DNA of 64,000 nucleotides from a virus (IMGVR_UViG_641201351_000001:1-64000); one strand, 5' to 3'; counted from the stretch's first letter, positions 9,955 through 19,214 are shown. Notes: generated from the sequence alone by a model not told the origin. Numbers and translations: made by a program.

Positions 9955-10782
9955 TCATATGTCAAGCCCCTTAAGCTTCCTCAGCCTCTTTACCTTGCTT
10001 TCAAGCTCCTCTAGCTTGGTTTCACTTAATTCTTCTTTATTAATTATCGTAAAGTTTGTAAAGTCTATGTGTTTAACATCATCTTCAGAAAGCTTTACAG
10101 CGTTAAGTTGGTGTCTTAAAAAGGCTCGCCAAGTGATAGGAACAATCTTAGCAACAAAAGAAGCTATTGCCTTTGCAACTTCTCTAGTTTCTTTTTGCGT
10201 GTGATCGTCTAGTCTAAGTCTTAAAAAGTTCATTAGGTTTCTCAAGTCCTGCTTGAAAAAGAACATTGTGTATGTACCTAAAGGCAAAAGGCTTCTCGCA
10301 ACTTCTCTAGCCAAACCCTCATCTAACATTTCTTGGTAGTTTTTGTAAACATATTTATAAGTTTCATCAAAAACTTTTATTGTCTTAAGTAGTTTTTCTG
10401 TATTGTTTTCTTCAGCGGAGGATTGTTTGTTTGCTTTGGAGTTTGTTCTAAATTCACTAGGAACATAAAACTCATCTTCAAGTTTTACATATCTACCACT
10501 TATTTCATTAAAGCTAGCTGTTCTGTGTCTAAAAATTTGCCTTGCTACAAAGATAGGTACTTTAAGGTGAAAAACAAATTCTACCATTTCAAAGGGCGAC
10601 ATATGTTCATTGCGCATTAGGTAATCTATTAACGCTTCATCCTTAGACTTTCCTTTAAAGTTGTAAGAAACTCTAGCAGCCTGAACAATTAGCTGATCGC
10701 TTCCCATGTAGTCAACAAGACGAACAAAACCCTTATCAAGCACCTTTATTTCTCTTGGGAACTCTCCAAAACCCTCCTGCAT
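9955..10782 (-). CDS. thyX: Flavin-dependent thymidylate synthase
   Basis: HMSPFE, RQIFRHRTASFNEISGRY (RHRx7S motif), LRLDDHTQKE. Confidence 0.95.
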   Translation of the reverse strand: MQEGFGEFPREIKVLDKGFVRLVDYMGSDQLIVQAARVSYNFKGKSKDEALIDYLMRNEHMSPFEMVEFVFHLKVPIFVARQIFRHRTASFNEISGRYVKLEDEFYVPSEFRTNSKANKQSSAEENNTEKLLKTIKVFDETYKYVYKNYQEMLDEGLAREVARSLLPLGTYTMFFFKQDLRNLMNFLRLRLDDHTQKETREVAKAIASFVAKIVPITWRAFLRHQLNAVKLSEDDVKHIDFTNFTIINKEELSETKLEELESKVKRLRKLKGLDI

Positions 10783-10815
10783 CTCTCTCCTCCCAAAGCC
10801 GTTGCTACTAGTGTA

Positions 10816-11331
10816 TCAGAAAATCTTTCTTTCGTTTGAAGCACTTATGGAAATTTTATGTTTTATTGAGTAGTGCAACATTTCTAAAATCTCATAAAGA
10901 CCTGAAAGGTAATTTAAATAAGCCTTATATAAGGCGATTTTTTTCTTTAAGTTTCTATATTCTTCGTTTATCTCAACTAGCTTTTCTACTTCAGTATTTG
11001 TAATTTTCTTTTCTGATGATAAAGAAGTCTTTGTTTGTATAAAAAGATTGGCATACATAGATTCTTCTTCGTTATCTTTTATTGCCAAAATTCCTTCAAT
11101 TAGAGTCTTTTTGTAATTTATATGCTCTAACCAAGAAAGAACAGAAAATAACAACTCATTTAGTTCTTCGGGAGAAAAATCGTTTATAACAGAAAAGTCC
11201 AAAAAATATGTTTCTTCATTAAATGGTATCTTTAATGTTTGTGCAACATCTTTTATGCTGATTTTATAAACATCAGGAATTTCCTTAAAAATTGTTTTGT
11301 AAGGGCTTTCTAGTCTTCTTTGGCTATCCAT
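10816..11331 (-). CDS. UvsY-like recombination mediator
   Basis: C-terminal TNTEVEKLVEINEEY...YLSGLYEILEMLHYSIKHKI resembles T4 UvsY (..CSGALDAIKSRGFAIKHI). Lies in the RecA operon. Confidence 0.5.
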   Translation of the reverse strand: MDSQRRLESPYKTIFKEIPDVYKISIKDVAQTLKIPFNEETYFLDFSVINDFSPEELNELLFSVLSWLEHINYKKTLIEGILAIKDNEEESMYANLFIQTKTSLSSEKKITNTEVEKLVEINEEYRNLKKKIALYKAYLNYLSGLYEILEMLHYSIKHKISISASNERKIF

Positions 11332-11783
11332 ACTAGTAGCCTATCAAAAAGCTTTCTGTTTGTCAATACGTCCTCTAGGGATACGCTCTTTAAAATTTCG
11401 TCTGCAATTTTTTCTCTTCTAAGGTCTTCTTTTTTATTAAAGAATTCTTTGATTAAGTTGAAAACAAGTAAATAAACTATATTTTCGTTGCCAAACCATT
11501 TTTTATATGTCATTGAAAATCCAAAATCGTGTCTTTCTTTGTGATGATAATCACACAATGGTATCGTTGAGAAATCTGTAAATCTTTTATAATTTCTATA
11601 ACAATAGGAAAGGTTTTCATGATGAGCAATTGTTTCCGTTTTTGAAAAACTTCTTTGGCCCAAATAGCACGCAATACATTCAAAATTATGAATATACTCT
11701 AAATATTCCTTTTCTAGTTGCCCAAAAACATCACTATTAAGATATTCTCTCATTGAATTACAGTAATAAGAAAAATCACTCAT
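11310..11783 (-). CDS. Ref/DUF968-like HNH nuclease
   Basis: YLEYIHNFECIAC...IAHH...DFSTIPLCDYHHKERH: Zn-binding CxxC...HH...PLCxxHH signature. Confidence 0.7.
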   Translation of the reverse strand: MSDFSYYCNSMREYLNSDVFGQLEKEYLEYIHNFECIACYLGQRSFSKTETIAHHENLSYCYRNYKRFTDFSTIPLCDYHHKERHDFGFSMTYKKWFGNENIVYLLVFNLIKEFFNKKEDLRREKIADEILKSVSLEDVLTNRKLFDRLLVWIAKED

Positions 11784-12795
11784 CTTCCTCCTCTTCCTCC
11801 TCTTGAGATAAACTTACAGATTTAAGATTTGCAATCTTTTCTCTAATTTTTTGGTCAACAAGCTCTGCAAAGGGTTTGTTATTCTTTATTTCCTCAATTA
11901 ATTGAATTGCGCCGTGAAATGTTTTTTCTTCTCCAGTTATTTGTTCTTTATACCAAGCACCTGATTTCTTAACAAGCCCAAGTTGGCTCAATATTTCTGG
12001 ATAATCTATAGTATAACTTCCATCGTAAAACAACAAGAATTTAGCCTTTCTCATTGGAGGAGCGAACTTGTTTTTCTCGACTTTTACATGAACTTCATCT
12101 CCAATTTCTCCATCTTCGTCTTTTATCGGCTTTTTGCGCATATTAAGTCTAAGAGAGGAGAAAAATTTTAAAGCTCTACCACCTGGAGTGGTTTCTGGAT
12201 TTCCATAAACTCCTATTTTTTCACGAATTTGGTTAATAAACATTATTGTTGCTTTATTTTGCCTTATGATAGGCATTAATTTTGAAAGTGCCATTGAAAG
12301 AATTCTAGCCCTCACACCAACCAGGCTATCTCCGTAATCAGCGTTATTTTGAGATACAGTAGGCGGAGCTACAATTGAATCGTAAACGACATATTTAACT
12401 CCTTGGTTTATTAGAAACTCTAATTTTTCGAGGCTTTCTTCCAAGGAATTTGCCTCAATTAAAAGCAGTTCATCAAGATTTACACCAAGAGTTTCAGCCC
12501 AAATCGGATCAAAAGAGTTTTCGGCATCAATAAAAGCACATATTTTATTCGCTTTTTGCATTTGAGAAATAGTTATTAGGCTAAAAGTAGTTTTACCAGA
12601 AGACTCTTGACCGTATACTTCAATAATTTTTCCCATCGGAATTCCACCAATTCCTAGCGCCAAATCTACTGTCAATATACCTGTAGAAACTATTTCCTCT
12701 TTAGTTTGCTTTAATTCTTGACCTGTATAAATTTCTTCTTTACTAAACTTCTTCGCATAAGAAGAAATGATTTGCTTTATTTTTTCGGTGTTCAC
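11776..12795 (-). CDS. recA: RecA recombinase
   Basis: STGILTVDLALGIGGIPMGKIIEVYGQESSGKTT, FIDAE, INQIREKIGVYGNPETTPGGRALKF, KNKFAPP. Confidence 0.97.
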   Translation of the reverse strand: MNTEKIKQIISSYAKKFSKEEIYTGQELKQTKEEIVSTGILTVDLALGIGGIPMGKIIEVYGQESSGKTTFSLITISQMQKANKICAFIDAENSFDPIWAETLGVNLDELLLIEANSLEESLEKLEFLINQGVKYVVYDSIVAPPTVSQNNADYGDSLVGVRARILSMALSKLMPIIRQNKATIMFINQIREKIGVYGNPETTPGGRALKFFSSLRLNMRKKPIKDEDGEIGDEVHVKVEKNKFAPPMRKAKFLLFYDGSYTIDYPEILSQLGLVKKSGAWYKEQITGEEKTFHGAIQLIEEIKNNKPFAELVDQKIREKIANLKSVSLSQEEEEEEDE

Positions 12796-13367
12796 TCAGC
12801 ACCTCCCCTTTTTCCTAAAGCGTACTCCTTTGCTTGCCTGTAAAGCTTATCGCCGATTATCCTAAGGTTTGCCAAAGCCTCTTGTATCGGTTTGGAGTTG
12901 CGATTCTTTAGTTCTTCTTCCGTTGCAAATATTTGATTTTTGAAAAACCAAATATACAAACCGATCGAATGGTTTGCAGCAGCTCTTCTTATTGCATCTG
13001 TTTCGGCAGACTTAGGATCTGCCTTAATAAATTGTTTTTTTAACTTTTCTAAATCATTATCAAAAACCAAGTAAGAAGAACCAGTTCCTGTCATTGTTTT
13101 ACCCATGATTGTAAGTTCAGCCTTTGCCATATGTCCAACAATTAAAAATCCGCTTTTATCAGTAGTTTCTACAGTTATTGGAGTTATCTCTGTTTTTAGT
13201 TCCCAATCACCAGGAATCATTGTGTTCAAGCGATGAATGATGTATCTAACATCAAGATATGGAACTATCAAATAAGAACCATTTTTTAGCTTTTTATCTA
13301 CACGGAAAAGAATTGCTTGGTCTGGAAAAGGCCTCATTAACTCAATTCTGATCTCCTTTTCAGTCAT
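12792..13367 (-). CDS. Rad52/Sak/DdrA-like single-strand annealing protein
   Basis: LMRPFP...PYLDVRYIIHRLNTMIPGDW...KSAETDAIRRAA..HSIGLYIW is the Rad52_Rad22 pattern. Confidence 0.8.
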   Translation of the reverse strand: MTEKEIRIELMRPFPDQAILFRVDKKLKNGSYLIVPYLDVRYIIHRLNTMIPGDWELKTEITPITVETTDKSGFLIVGHMAKAELTIMGKTMTGTGSSYLVFDNDLEKLKKQFIKADPKSAETDAIRRAAANHSIGLYIWFFKNQIFATEEELKNRNSKPIQEALANLRIIGDKLYRQAKEYALGKRGGAE

Positions 13368-13386
13368 GTCCTACCTCGCTCTTATC

Positions 13387-13416
13387 AGATTACAACAAAC
13401 TCCTGCCCCTTGTCAA
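13387..13416 (-). promoter_or_regulatory. Sigma70-type promoter (TTGACA-18-TAATCT) for the recombination operon
   Basis: TGTCAA at 13411-13416 and AGATTA at 13387-13392 on the + strand; GAGGT SD before ATG 13367. Confidence 0.6.
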
Positions 13417-14756
13417 GACTTGCCTTTTTTGTCATCTGTCTTTTTAGTACTACCAAACTTAATCTCTTCTACATTAAAATCAAAAGTTTTTGTATCGTAT
13501 GAAATGACCGCAGTAAAAAGTGGACCATTTCTTTGTTTTTTAACATAAAAATTGATATACTTTCTTGTTGAAACAATCTTTTCTCCGTTGTTTAGCGTTA
13601 TCGAATCAATCTCTTCCTCTTTTTTGTTAGACATTAATGCGATTAGAGAAGCGGCTTGCTCAATATCTCCACTTTCCTTTAGGTCGTCAATATTAGGTTC
13701 TTCATTTAATCTTCTTGACAACTGAGAAATTTCAACAATTGCAACATCCAATTCAATAGCTAATGTTTTTAGTCTTTGCGCAATTGAGCCAATTTCTAAA
13801 TGTCTATTTCCAGAAAACTTAATGTTTGACATAAGTTGTAAGTAATCAATGAAGACAATTTTTGTGCCATTTTCATATACACTTCTTCTAATAATTGACT
13901 CTATGTTTTCTATAGATCCATCATGAGTAGAAGTAAAATAAAGGGGCCAACTGTTCATTTTTTCAACTGTTATTTGCGCCAATTTCTTTTCCTCATCGGT
14001 TAGTTCTTTTTTGAATATTTTTGACGCAGGTATCTTTGAAATCATTGAAATAAGCCTACCAAAAATCTGAAATTTTGTCATTTCCATTGAAATCAAATGA
14101 ACAGGTATATTTTCTAAAGCTTGCTTGTAAGCGACATGCAGAGATAAAAGCGTTTTTCCGATACCAGGTCTTGCACCTATAACAACAACATTTCCAGGTA
14201 CAAAATCATAAATATAATCGTCAAGGTTCATATTTCCAAACCTAAAGCCAAACCTATAAGTGTCTTTTCTGTTAAGCTCATTAAAAAATTCCCTAGACAT
14301 GTCTTCAACAGATAAAATATCAACATTTTTTATTCCGCTTCTAGAAATTTCTTCCTGGATTTCTTTAAGTTTCGAGTAAACTTCTGAAGTTGATAAAAAT
14401 TTTTTTATTGACAATTCTTTTAACTGAGGAGAAATTTTTCTAAGAACACTTTTTTCTTTTAGCCAATTCGCATATTTAACTGTAAGATTAAGCCCCTTTT
14501 CATCTGGAGTAATTTCATCATAAAGTTCAACATCTTCTGCTTTAACTAGACCAAGTTGCACAATATCAGACAATAAAGATGCTTCTGGTTCTTGATTATG
14601 GTTTTTAACATACTCAAAAGCTTTTCCTAGATACACAAAATCATCTTCTGAAAGAAAGATAACCTTTTGTATGAAATCTTTGTGTTTAATAAGGCTAAAA
14701 ACAATTTCTAACTCAATAAGATAAAGATTTTCGTCAAAAAGTTCATTTTGGTCCAT
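13413..14756 (-). CDS. dnaB: Replicative DNA helicase DnaB-like
   Basis: IGARPGIGKT Walker A, SMEM, IDYLQLM, ISQLSR, LKESGDIEQAA, KQRNGP. Confidence 0.93.
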   Translation of the reverse strand: MDQNELFDENLYLIELEIVFSLIKHKDFIQKVIFLSEDDFVYLGKAFEYVKNHNQEPEASLLSDIVQLGLVKAEDVELYDEITPDEKGLNLTVKYANWLKEKSVLRKISPQLKELSIKKFLSTSEVYSKLKEIQEEISRSGIKNVDILSVEDMSREFFNELNRKDTYRFGFRFGNMNLDDYIYDFVPGNVVVIGARPGIGKTLLSLHVAYKQALENIPVHLISMEMTKFQIFGRLISMISKIPASKIFKKELTDEEKKLAQITVEKMNSWPLYFTSTHDGSIENIESIIRRSVYENGTKIVFIDYLQLMSNIKFSGNRHLEIGSIAQRLKTLAIELDVAIVEISQLSRRLNEEPNIDDLKESGDIEQAASLIALMSNKKEEEIDSITLNNGEKIVSTRKYINFYVKKQRNGPLFTAVISYDTKTFDFNVEEIKFGSTKKTDDKKGKS

Positions 14757-15036
14757 ATTCGTACCTCCCCGTATAGGGGTTCATTTGTAAATCCCAATCA
14801 CAGGGAACTTTTTCGTATTGCATAGTATAGGGATTATATTTTACACACATGTTCTCGTCTTGGCTCATTATGTATGACGATTTGTATTCGTTATAATCTG
14901 TTTCTTCTTTGGCAAAAACATATTTATCTTCGCTTGTATCGTATGGATTTTGAACAATATCTAGGTCTTCTTGCGTTAAATCATATGTTTGCCTATAGGG
15001 ATTCATCTTAATTACTTTTCTTTTTCTTACCACCAT
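14743..15036 (-). CDS. Small acidic protein with four NPY repeats
   Basis: MNPYRQTYD, QNPYDTSED, YNPYTMQYE, MNPYTGRYE. AAGGGAG RBS and own promoter. Confidence 0.7.
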   Translation of the reverse strand: MVVRKRKVIKMNPYRQTYDLTQEDLDIVQNPYDTSEDKYVFAKEETDYNEYKSSYIMSQDENMCVKYNPYTMQYEKVPCDWDLQMNPYTGRYEYGPK

Positions 15037-15059
15037 GGCGCTTCTCCCTTCCTAGGAGG

Positions 15060-15089
15060 AGCTTACCACAACTTTGGGGTGTCTGTCAA
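15060..15089 (-). promoter_or_regulatory. Sigma70-type promoter TTGACA-18-(TGG)TAAGCT
   Basis: TGTCAA at 15084-15089 and AGCTTA at 15060-15065 on the + strand. Confidence 0.6.
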
Positions 15090-15123
15090 CAGGTAGCAGA
15101 ATTGGTGATAAAATAATTCTGCT

Positions 15124-15453
15124 ATGGCTAAGAAGTTTTCAAAAGAACCAACAGTAGCAACACTAAAAAGTGAAATAAGAAAAATACTAGATTCTTATTA
15201 TCCATACAACAATTTTAAAGTTTCTTTAAAAACTGCTAACGACACGCTAATAATAAACATTGATGGGTGCAACTTTGACGAAGAATTTCGAAACATGTTA
15301 AATAGGTTTGTTGATTACAAAATTAAACACATTTACAGAAAAAAGACTATAAAAGAAGAAAACAAGGTTGTTGTAAAAAGGATACCTTACAAAGACTTTT
15401 ACATAAACATAAATGATGATTGCATCATGTTCAGCTACTATCGCTATCTGTAA
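15124..15453 (+). CDS. Hypothetical protein, possibly LPD29-like
   Basis: KSEIRKILDSYYPYNNFKVS...IINIDG loosely resembles LPD29 (IRKxLKxxFPxxKFSV). Confidence 0.5.
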   Translation: MAKKFSKEPTVATLKSEIRKILDSYYPYNNFKVSLKTANDTLIINIDGCNFDEEFRNMLNRFVDYKIKHIYRKKTIKEENKVVVKRIPYKDFYININDDCIMFSYYRYL

Positions 15454-15463
15454 AATATAAAAG

Positions 15464-16576
15464 GTGATGCAGATGTACAACTACACACAAGAAGACATTT
15501 CCTTCATTGAGTTAATAGAGGATGTAAACTTTCACACAGAAAACTTCTACGGTAGCTTTGAGGATTACCTAATACTTCCAACATTTCTTGAAAAGGAAAT
15601 CTCTAGAAAACAGACAAATATAATGCAAGAAATTATTGATATTAAAGGAAGTAAAAGGCTTACAAAACCAGTTATCTCTTCACCAATGAGCTTTTTTGGT
15701 AAGAGGTTTGGTGAAAGATTAGTAGAGAGAAACTTTATTTACTCAATTCCACGAATTAATAAGCCAATAGAGGAGAGAATAGAAATTTACAAAGAACTGA
15801 AATCTAAATATAACTCTACAATTATCTTTTCTGTTGGGGCAAAGGAAGAAATTACAAATGAGATAATAGATAATTCAGACATCTTATTACTTGATATAGC
15901 TCACGGTGCCTCTAAGCATTCTGTAAATTTCTTATACTCTCTAAGCAGACTTGGTATTAATTCTGGTGTGATGGTAGGAAATATTGGGTCAATAAATGGG
16001 ATGTTGTATTTATTGTACTTTGCGGCAAAATTTGGCTTTAAAAACATTTACATCAGAAGTGGAATAGGATCAGGAAGCGCTTGCACAACAAGACTCAATA
16101 CTGGAGTTGGATTTCCACAATTAGACTTAATGAAAGATTTACGAAACTTTTTAAACAACTTAAATTCTTCTAGACTAGGAAAATACATAGAAAATCTTTC
16201 TGACACAAAAGTATATCTTGTTTCTGATGGAGGAATAAAAAATTATGGAGATATAGCAAAGGCTTTGATATTTTCAGATTTAGTAATGGGCGGAAAAATC
16301 TTTGCTTCAAGAGAAGTAGATACTTTTAATAACGAAAAGGTGTTTTATTATGGTATGGCATCACAATACGCAAAACAAAATAAAGAAAATGTTGAAGGTG
16401 AAGGTTTTGAAATTAAAAATCCTCCACATTTAGAAGAAATACTACTAGGAATAGAAGACGGATTGAGGTCTGCTCTTACTTACACTAACTCAACAAACCT
16501 AGAAGAATTTAGAAGAAAGGCCAAACTAATAAGAGTAAGCTCTTCTACACTAAAAGAAACATATGTTGGATTTTAA
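15464..16576 (+). CDS. GMP reductase / IMP dehydrogenase family
   Basis: LDIAHG, GIGSGSACTTR (catalytic Cys), SDGGIKNYGDIAKAL, YYGMAS, VEG. Leaderless TAAAAT-7-GTG. Confidence 0.88.
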   Translation: MMQMYNYTQEDISFIELIEDVNFHTENFYGSFEDYLILPTFLEKEISRKQTNIMQEIIDIKGSKRLTKPVISSPMSFFGKRFGERLVERNFIYSIPRINKPIEERIEIYKELKSKYNSTIIFSVGAKEEITNEIIDNSDILLLDIAHGASKHSVNFLYSLSRLGINSGVMVGNIGSINGMLYLLYFAAKFGFKNIYIRSGIGSGSACTTRLNTGVGFPQLDLMKDLRNFLNNLNSSRLGKYIENLSDTKVYLVSDGGIKNYGDIAKALIFSDLVMGGKIFASREVDTFNNEKVFYYGMASQYAKQNKENVEGEGFEIKNPPHLEEILLGIEDGLRSALTYTNSTNLEEFRRKAKLIRVSSSTLKETYVGF

Positions 16577-16601
16577 TCTTGGTGTTTGCTCTCTAGGGGG
16601 C

Positions 16602-16630
16602 TTGACAATTCTTGTCAATTTGTTTATGCT
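16602..16630 (+). promoter_or_regulatory. Promoter TTGACA-17-TATGCT overlapped by palindrome TTGACAA-TTC-TTGTCAA
   Basis: -35 at 16602-16607, -10 at 16625-16630; perfect 7-bp inverted repeat at 16602-16618. Confidence 0.7.
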
Positions 16631-16639
16631 AGTCATGCT

Positions 16640-17050
16640 ATGACTAGACCATGGACAGAAGCTGAAATAAATGAACTAATTGAATTAGTAAATGCTGGTA
16701 GAAAGCGTAGAGAAATTGCCAAAATACTAGGACGAACACCTAAATCAATAGAATCTAAGCTTAGAGATATTCGTAAAAAGAGTGGAGAGGGCAATGAAAA
16801 AGTTTTAGCAAATAATAAAATCAATGAAAACAACAATTCACAAAAAAATATTGAAAAGACGAATAGCGAAAAAGTCGATGCAATTGTCCTATATAGAAAG
16901 TTTCTCAGGAAATTTTTGCAGAAAGATAGCTTACCAGAAAGAGAGTTTGATAGCTTGGCAAATGCTGTAGAAGAATATTACATAAAAACAAAAAATCTAA
17001 GTGGCGCAATTCTTCTTCTTGAAACAATAATGGAATCTGGTAAGTACTAG
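16640..17050 (+). CDS. HTH DNA-binding protein (GcrA/Myb-like N-terminus)
   Basis: MTRPWTEAEINELIELVNAGRKRREIAKILGRTPKSIESKL. Start ATG 16640, downstream of the promoter. Confidence 0.75.
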   Translation: MTRPWTEAEINELIELVNAGRKRREIAKILGRTPKSIESKLRDIRKKSGEGNEKVLANNKINENNNSQKNIEKTNSEKVDAIVLYRKFLRKFLQKDSLPEREFDSLANAVEEYYIKTKNLSGAILLLETIMESGKY

Positions 17051-17057
17051 CAAAAAT

Positions 17058-17099
17058 AAATAAATAACGACAGCCTGTTTTGGCTGTCGTTATTTATTT
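17058..17099. terminator. Bidirectional intrinsic terminator
   Basis: 18-bp perfect stem AAATAAATAACGACAGCC-TGTTTT-GGCTGTCGTTATTTATTT between convergent genes. Confidence 0.85.
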
Positions 17100-17107
17100 T
17101 TGTTCTG

Positions 17108-18343
17108 TTACTTAGAATAAGCGTCAGAGTACCAACCAATAAGGTTTCCGTTGTCGTCATAAACGGGAATGGCACCGTAAGGACCAGTTACATAGGACTT
17201 TGATGTAGGATAAGCCTTCTGATATTCTAGGGTTGTGTAATCAAATGTATCACCAAATGTTACAGGTACGCTAATAGCTTTTCCATTAAAGTCAAAAAAT
17301 ACAGCGCCGTTAGCTGCACCTTGATAGAGTAGGAATACATTTACTGTTTGATAGATTGGATTTCCATTATTATCGTATGCAACAACAACACGATAAGAAG
17401 AAGGACGGAACCAATCTTTAAGCCCTTCAGAAAGTATCTTTTTAGCCAAATCTTCAAAAGAAGTTTTAACTGTAGTATCGCTAATAAGAGCAGCAACTTT
17501 ACTTACCGCACCTGAAACTACATTATTAAAATCTACAAGTCTTTCTGGTCTGCCAAATACTGTATAGTTTCCATTCATTGGCTTGGGTAGAGTGTCGTAG
17601 AAAGGAATAATCTGATACTTATCGCAGAAAACCTTAGAAAGAACAGAATAGAAGAAGCTACCCCTGTTTAAAGTATTAGACATACCAAAAAGGTGCTCAT
17701 CGTTTTGTAGGGCTACAGAATCATGAGTAATATACCTAGAGAAATCAACATCAAGGTAAATATCATTATCTACAAATCTAACTGTTGGCGCACCAGAACC
17801 AGCGCAAGCAGAAGCTACAGTAATCCACTTATTAAATATTTCTTTGGGGTTGTTGAGATACTTTAAAAAAAGCGTTTCATCTGGAGGAGTCATTCCTGCT
17901 ATTTCACTAGCCAAATCCTCAAAGAAGGTTTCGTAAGGTACGGCAAAAGTATTAAAAGAAGCTAACCTATAATCTCCTACCCTAAAGAGAAGAAGTGGAA
18001 CTACTCTAGCATCTTCATAAACCTTTACAAGTTCAAAATTAGAAAGGTCTGGTGTTGCATCAAATACTGGAGTAGCAGTAGAACCACCAAAAACAAGTCT
18101 AAGCTGTCTGCCTACTGTATACCTATCATCAAGCTCAGAGGGAGTTAATGCCTGAAAAGACAGAGTAGTGCCATCCAAAACTGGAACTACTTCTGTGCTA
18201 ACGCCACCGTAAATTGCGGGGTTTAAATAAATTGAAATTTCCTTTCCATCAGAAGCTCTTACATATTTAGAGTATCTTCCTTCTCCATTTACTAAGACAA
18301 ATTTAGCTCCAATGTATTTAAGTGAATACCCTTGAGATGTCAT
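17108..18343 (-). CDS. Putative abundant structural protein (411 aa)
   Basis: TATAAT-5nt-AAGGAGGT leader like those of capsid and sheath; low-Lys, beta-rich composition; own terminator. Confidence 0.6.
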   Translation of the reverse strand: MTSQGYSLKYIGAKFVLVNGEGRYSKYVRASDGKEISIYLNPAIYGGVSTEVVPVLDGTTLSFQALTPSELDDRYTVGRQLRLVFGGSTATPVFDATPDLSNFELVKVYEDARVVPLLLFRVGDYRLASFNTFAVPYETFFEDLASEIAGMTPPDETLFLKYLNNPKEIFNKWITVASACAGSGAPTVRFVDNDIYLDVDFSRYITHDSVALQNDEHLFGMSNTLNRGSFFYSVLSKVFCDKYQIIPFYDTLPKPMNGNYTVFGRPERLVDFNNVVSGAVSKVAALISDTTVKTSFEDLAKKILSEGLKDWFRPSSYRVVVAYDNNGNPIYQTVNVFLLYQGAANGAVFFDFNGKAISVPVTFGDTFDYTTLEYQKAYPTSKSYVTGPYGAIPVYDDNGNLIGWYSDAYSK

Positions 18344-18399
18344 GTTTATATTACCTCCTTTTTAGATTATATATTTTCCTTTTTGATAAAATCAGCATT

Positions 18400-18837
18400 T
18401 TATGCTACACCAACTTTTTGAGTAATTGAAATCCCTTCTATTATCTTTTCCATCAAATCATCATCCACATCATCCATTTCTCCAGAAAGTAGCAATTCCA
18501 TTACCGCTTCTTCCACATTAAAAACTTTTATCTCTGCTCCTTTATTTATAGCAAAGGTCAAAAGTTCAAAAATTTTATCATTTAGAAATTGAGAAGTGTT
18601 TTTATAAACTTCATTTGGGTTATTCTTCACCATACTAAGGACTTCGTTGCCGAAAATCATTTCTATTGTTTTGTAAACATCTTCTTTTTCGTTTTCCGAT
18701 GCGCTCATTGACTTTCCTACTAACTCAGCCAGCTTTAATGCGGCAAAAACAAATTTTTTTATTTCCTCAAATTTAGCAAAAAAGACTTCTCTATCCGCTT
18801 TTTCTTTGAATTTTACTAAGCTTGTTGTTGCTGTCAA
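18400..18837 (-). CDS. Hypothetical protein
   Basis: 145-aa ORF; TTG start with GGAGGGGGAG RBS. Confidence 0.6.
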   Translation of the reverse strand: MTATTSLVKFKEKADREVFFAKFEEIKKFVFAALKLAELVGKSMSASENEKEDVYKTIEMIFGNEVLSMVKNNPNEVYKNTSQFLNDKIFELLTFAINKGAEIKVFNVEEAVMELLLSGEMDDVDDDLMEKIIEGISITQKVGVA

Positions 18838-19214
18838 CTTGCTCCCCCTCCTTTCAAAATCTTATCAATTCCAAAAGAATACTCTTTATTATACTGCTCT
18901 CTTGCCTTTTCTTTGAGTTCGAAAAATTCATTTACTATTACTTTTATCTCTTCTGTAACAAACTTCAATTCCTCCAAAAGTTCCTTGTGCTCTTTTATTG
19001 TTTTAGCTTGATTTATTTTATCTCTTATTGGTTTTAGGAAAAACAAATCTATATATTCAAACATATCATCCTCTGGGTTGCTTTTAATGTTAATTATGGA
19101 GGTATCAAATTCATAGAAACATGTGGATATTATTTTCTTTTTGCATAAAAACATTATGTGATTAGAAATCGCAACAATCACAGACTTTATATCTGATAAG
19201 GTAACCTCTTGCAT
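18834..19214 (-). CDS. Hypothetical protein
   Basis: 126-aa ORF overlapping both neighbours. Confidence 0.55.
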   Translation of the reverse strand: MQEVTLSDIKSVIVAISNHIMFLCKKKIISTCFYEFDTSIINIKSNPEDDMFEYIDLFFLKPIRDKINQAKTIKEHKELLEELKFVTEEIKVIVNEFFELKEKAREQYNKEYSFGIDKILKGGGAS

